Assembly (NCBI GenBank): GCA_013265495.1
Contig: MU058387.1
Location: 1,364,001-1,428,000 of the forward strand
Length of the DNA stretch: 64,000 nt
Direction of reading: 5' to 3'
DNA from: Vicugna vicugna
Lineage: Eukaryota
Below are positions 63,398 to 64,000 of this stretch, piece by piece (position 1 is the stretch's first letter; each line of letters starts with the position of its first letter). A program made the position numbers and the translations under genes. The notes under the pieces are model-generated. The model worked only from the letters and a program-made list of their open reading frames with translations. It did no database searches and was not told the DNA's origin.

Positions 63398-63605
63398 TAT
63401 TGTGGTGTGGTTCCTATACAATAAACTACAAGTATTTCTTTTTTTTTTAACATTTTTTATTGAGTTATAGTCATTTTACAATGTTGTGTCAAATTAAACT
63501 ACACATATTTCAAATGTACAATTTGATGAATTTTGTTAGATGTTTTCACCAGTGAAACCACTAACACAATTAAGATAGTTAACATTTCCATCACTCCCCA
63601 AGAGG
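63398..63605 (-). mobile_element. Old L1M 3'-end fragment interrupted by a short young L1
   Basis: tacaataaactacacatatttcaaatgtacaatttgatgaatttt...aattaagatagttaacatttccatcactcc. Confidence 0.75.
63439..63494 (-). mobile_element. Ultra-short (56 bp) camelid-type L1 3'-end insertion
   Basis: polyT-aacattttttattgagttatagtcattttacaatgttgtgtcaaat; 17-bp TSD with 2 mismatches (63422-63438, 63495-63511). Confidence 0.85.
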
Positions 63606-63621
63606 TGCAATTTTCAAATTC

Positions 63622-64000
63622 CCATGCACTTATGGTCAGTTAATCTATGACAAAGGGGACAAGAATGGACAATGGAGAAAAGACAGTCTCTTCAACAAGT
63701 GGTGCTGGGGAAACTGGACAGCTACCTGTAAAAGACTGAAATTAGAACATTCTCTAACACCACATACAAAAATAAACTCAAAATGGATTAAAGACTTAAA
63801 TATAAGACCAGATGCTATAAAAACTCCTAGAGGAAAACATAGGCAGGACACTCTTGGACATAAATCACAAAACATATTTTTTGAACCAGCTCCTGGAGTA
63901 ATGGGAGTAAAAGTAAAAATAAACAAATGGGATCTAACTAAGCTTAAAATTTTTGCACAGCTAAGGACACCATCAACAAAATGAAAAGACAAGCTACAGA
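63622..64000 (+). mobile_element. Relatively young 5'-truncated L1 ORF2 C-terminal fragment (runs off the window)
   Basis: Translates [63 protein letters not shown], then a +1 frameshift near 63820. Confidence 0.95.

Noticed and set aside
63645..63992. 115-aa minus-strand ORF
   Set aside because: Antisense shadow frame of L1 ORF2.

Overview
AT-rich mammalian non-coding DNA (intergenic or deep intronic). I found no supportable protein-coding exon, tRNA, rRNA or CRISPR array; the ORF track is chance ORFs or decayed L1/ERV frames. Young L1 3'-UTRs (15033-15305, 63439-63494) look like the camelid L1 type, and I see no Alu, BovB/Bov-A, PRE1 or CanSINE, so a camelid genome is my best inference. 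About 3.7-21.5 kb is a dense ERV cluster. Its centre is a MER34-like non-autonomous provirus (9214-17831) carrying five nested insertions, each with a readable TSD, and a young class-II solo LTR lies nearby (19793-20411). A 3.9-kb old L1 lies at about 31.7-35.6 kb. The rest is unique sequence with scattered MIR, L2, MaLR, old L1 and DNA-transposon relics. The most unusual structures are a 46-bp tailless internal L1 ORF2 fragment between 98/99-bp direct repeats (48522-48764), a solo LTR ending in a duplicated att end around a PBS-like stub, a short L1 3' transduction, and an inverted duplication inside the old L1. I cannot support a new multi-gene system. Repeat family names come from my recall of consensus sequences and need RepeatMasker/Dfam confirmation; boundaries without a TSD are approximate.
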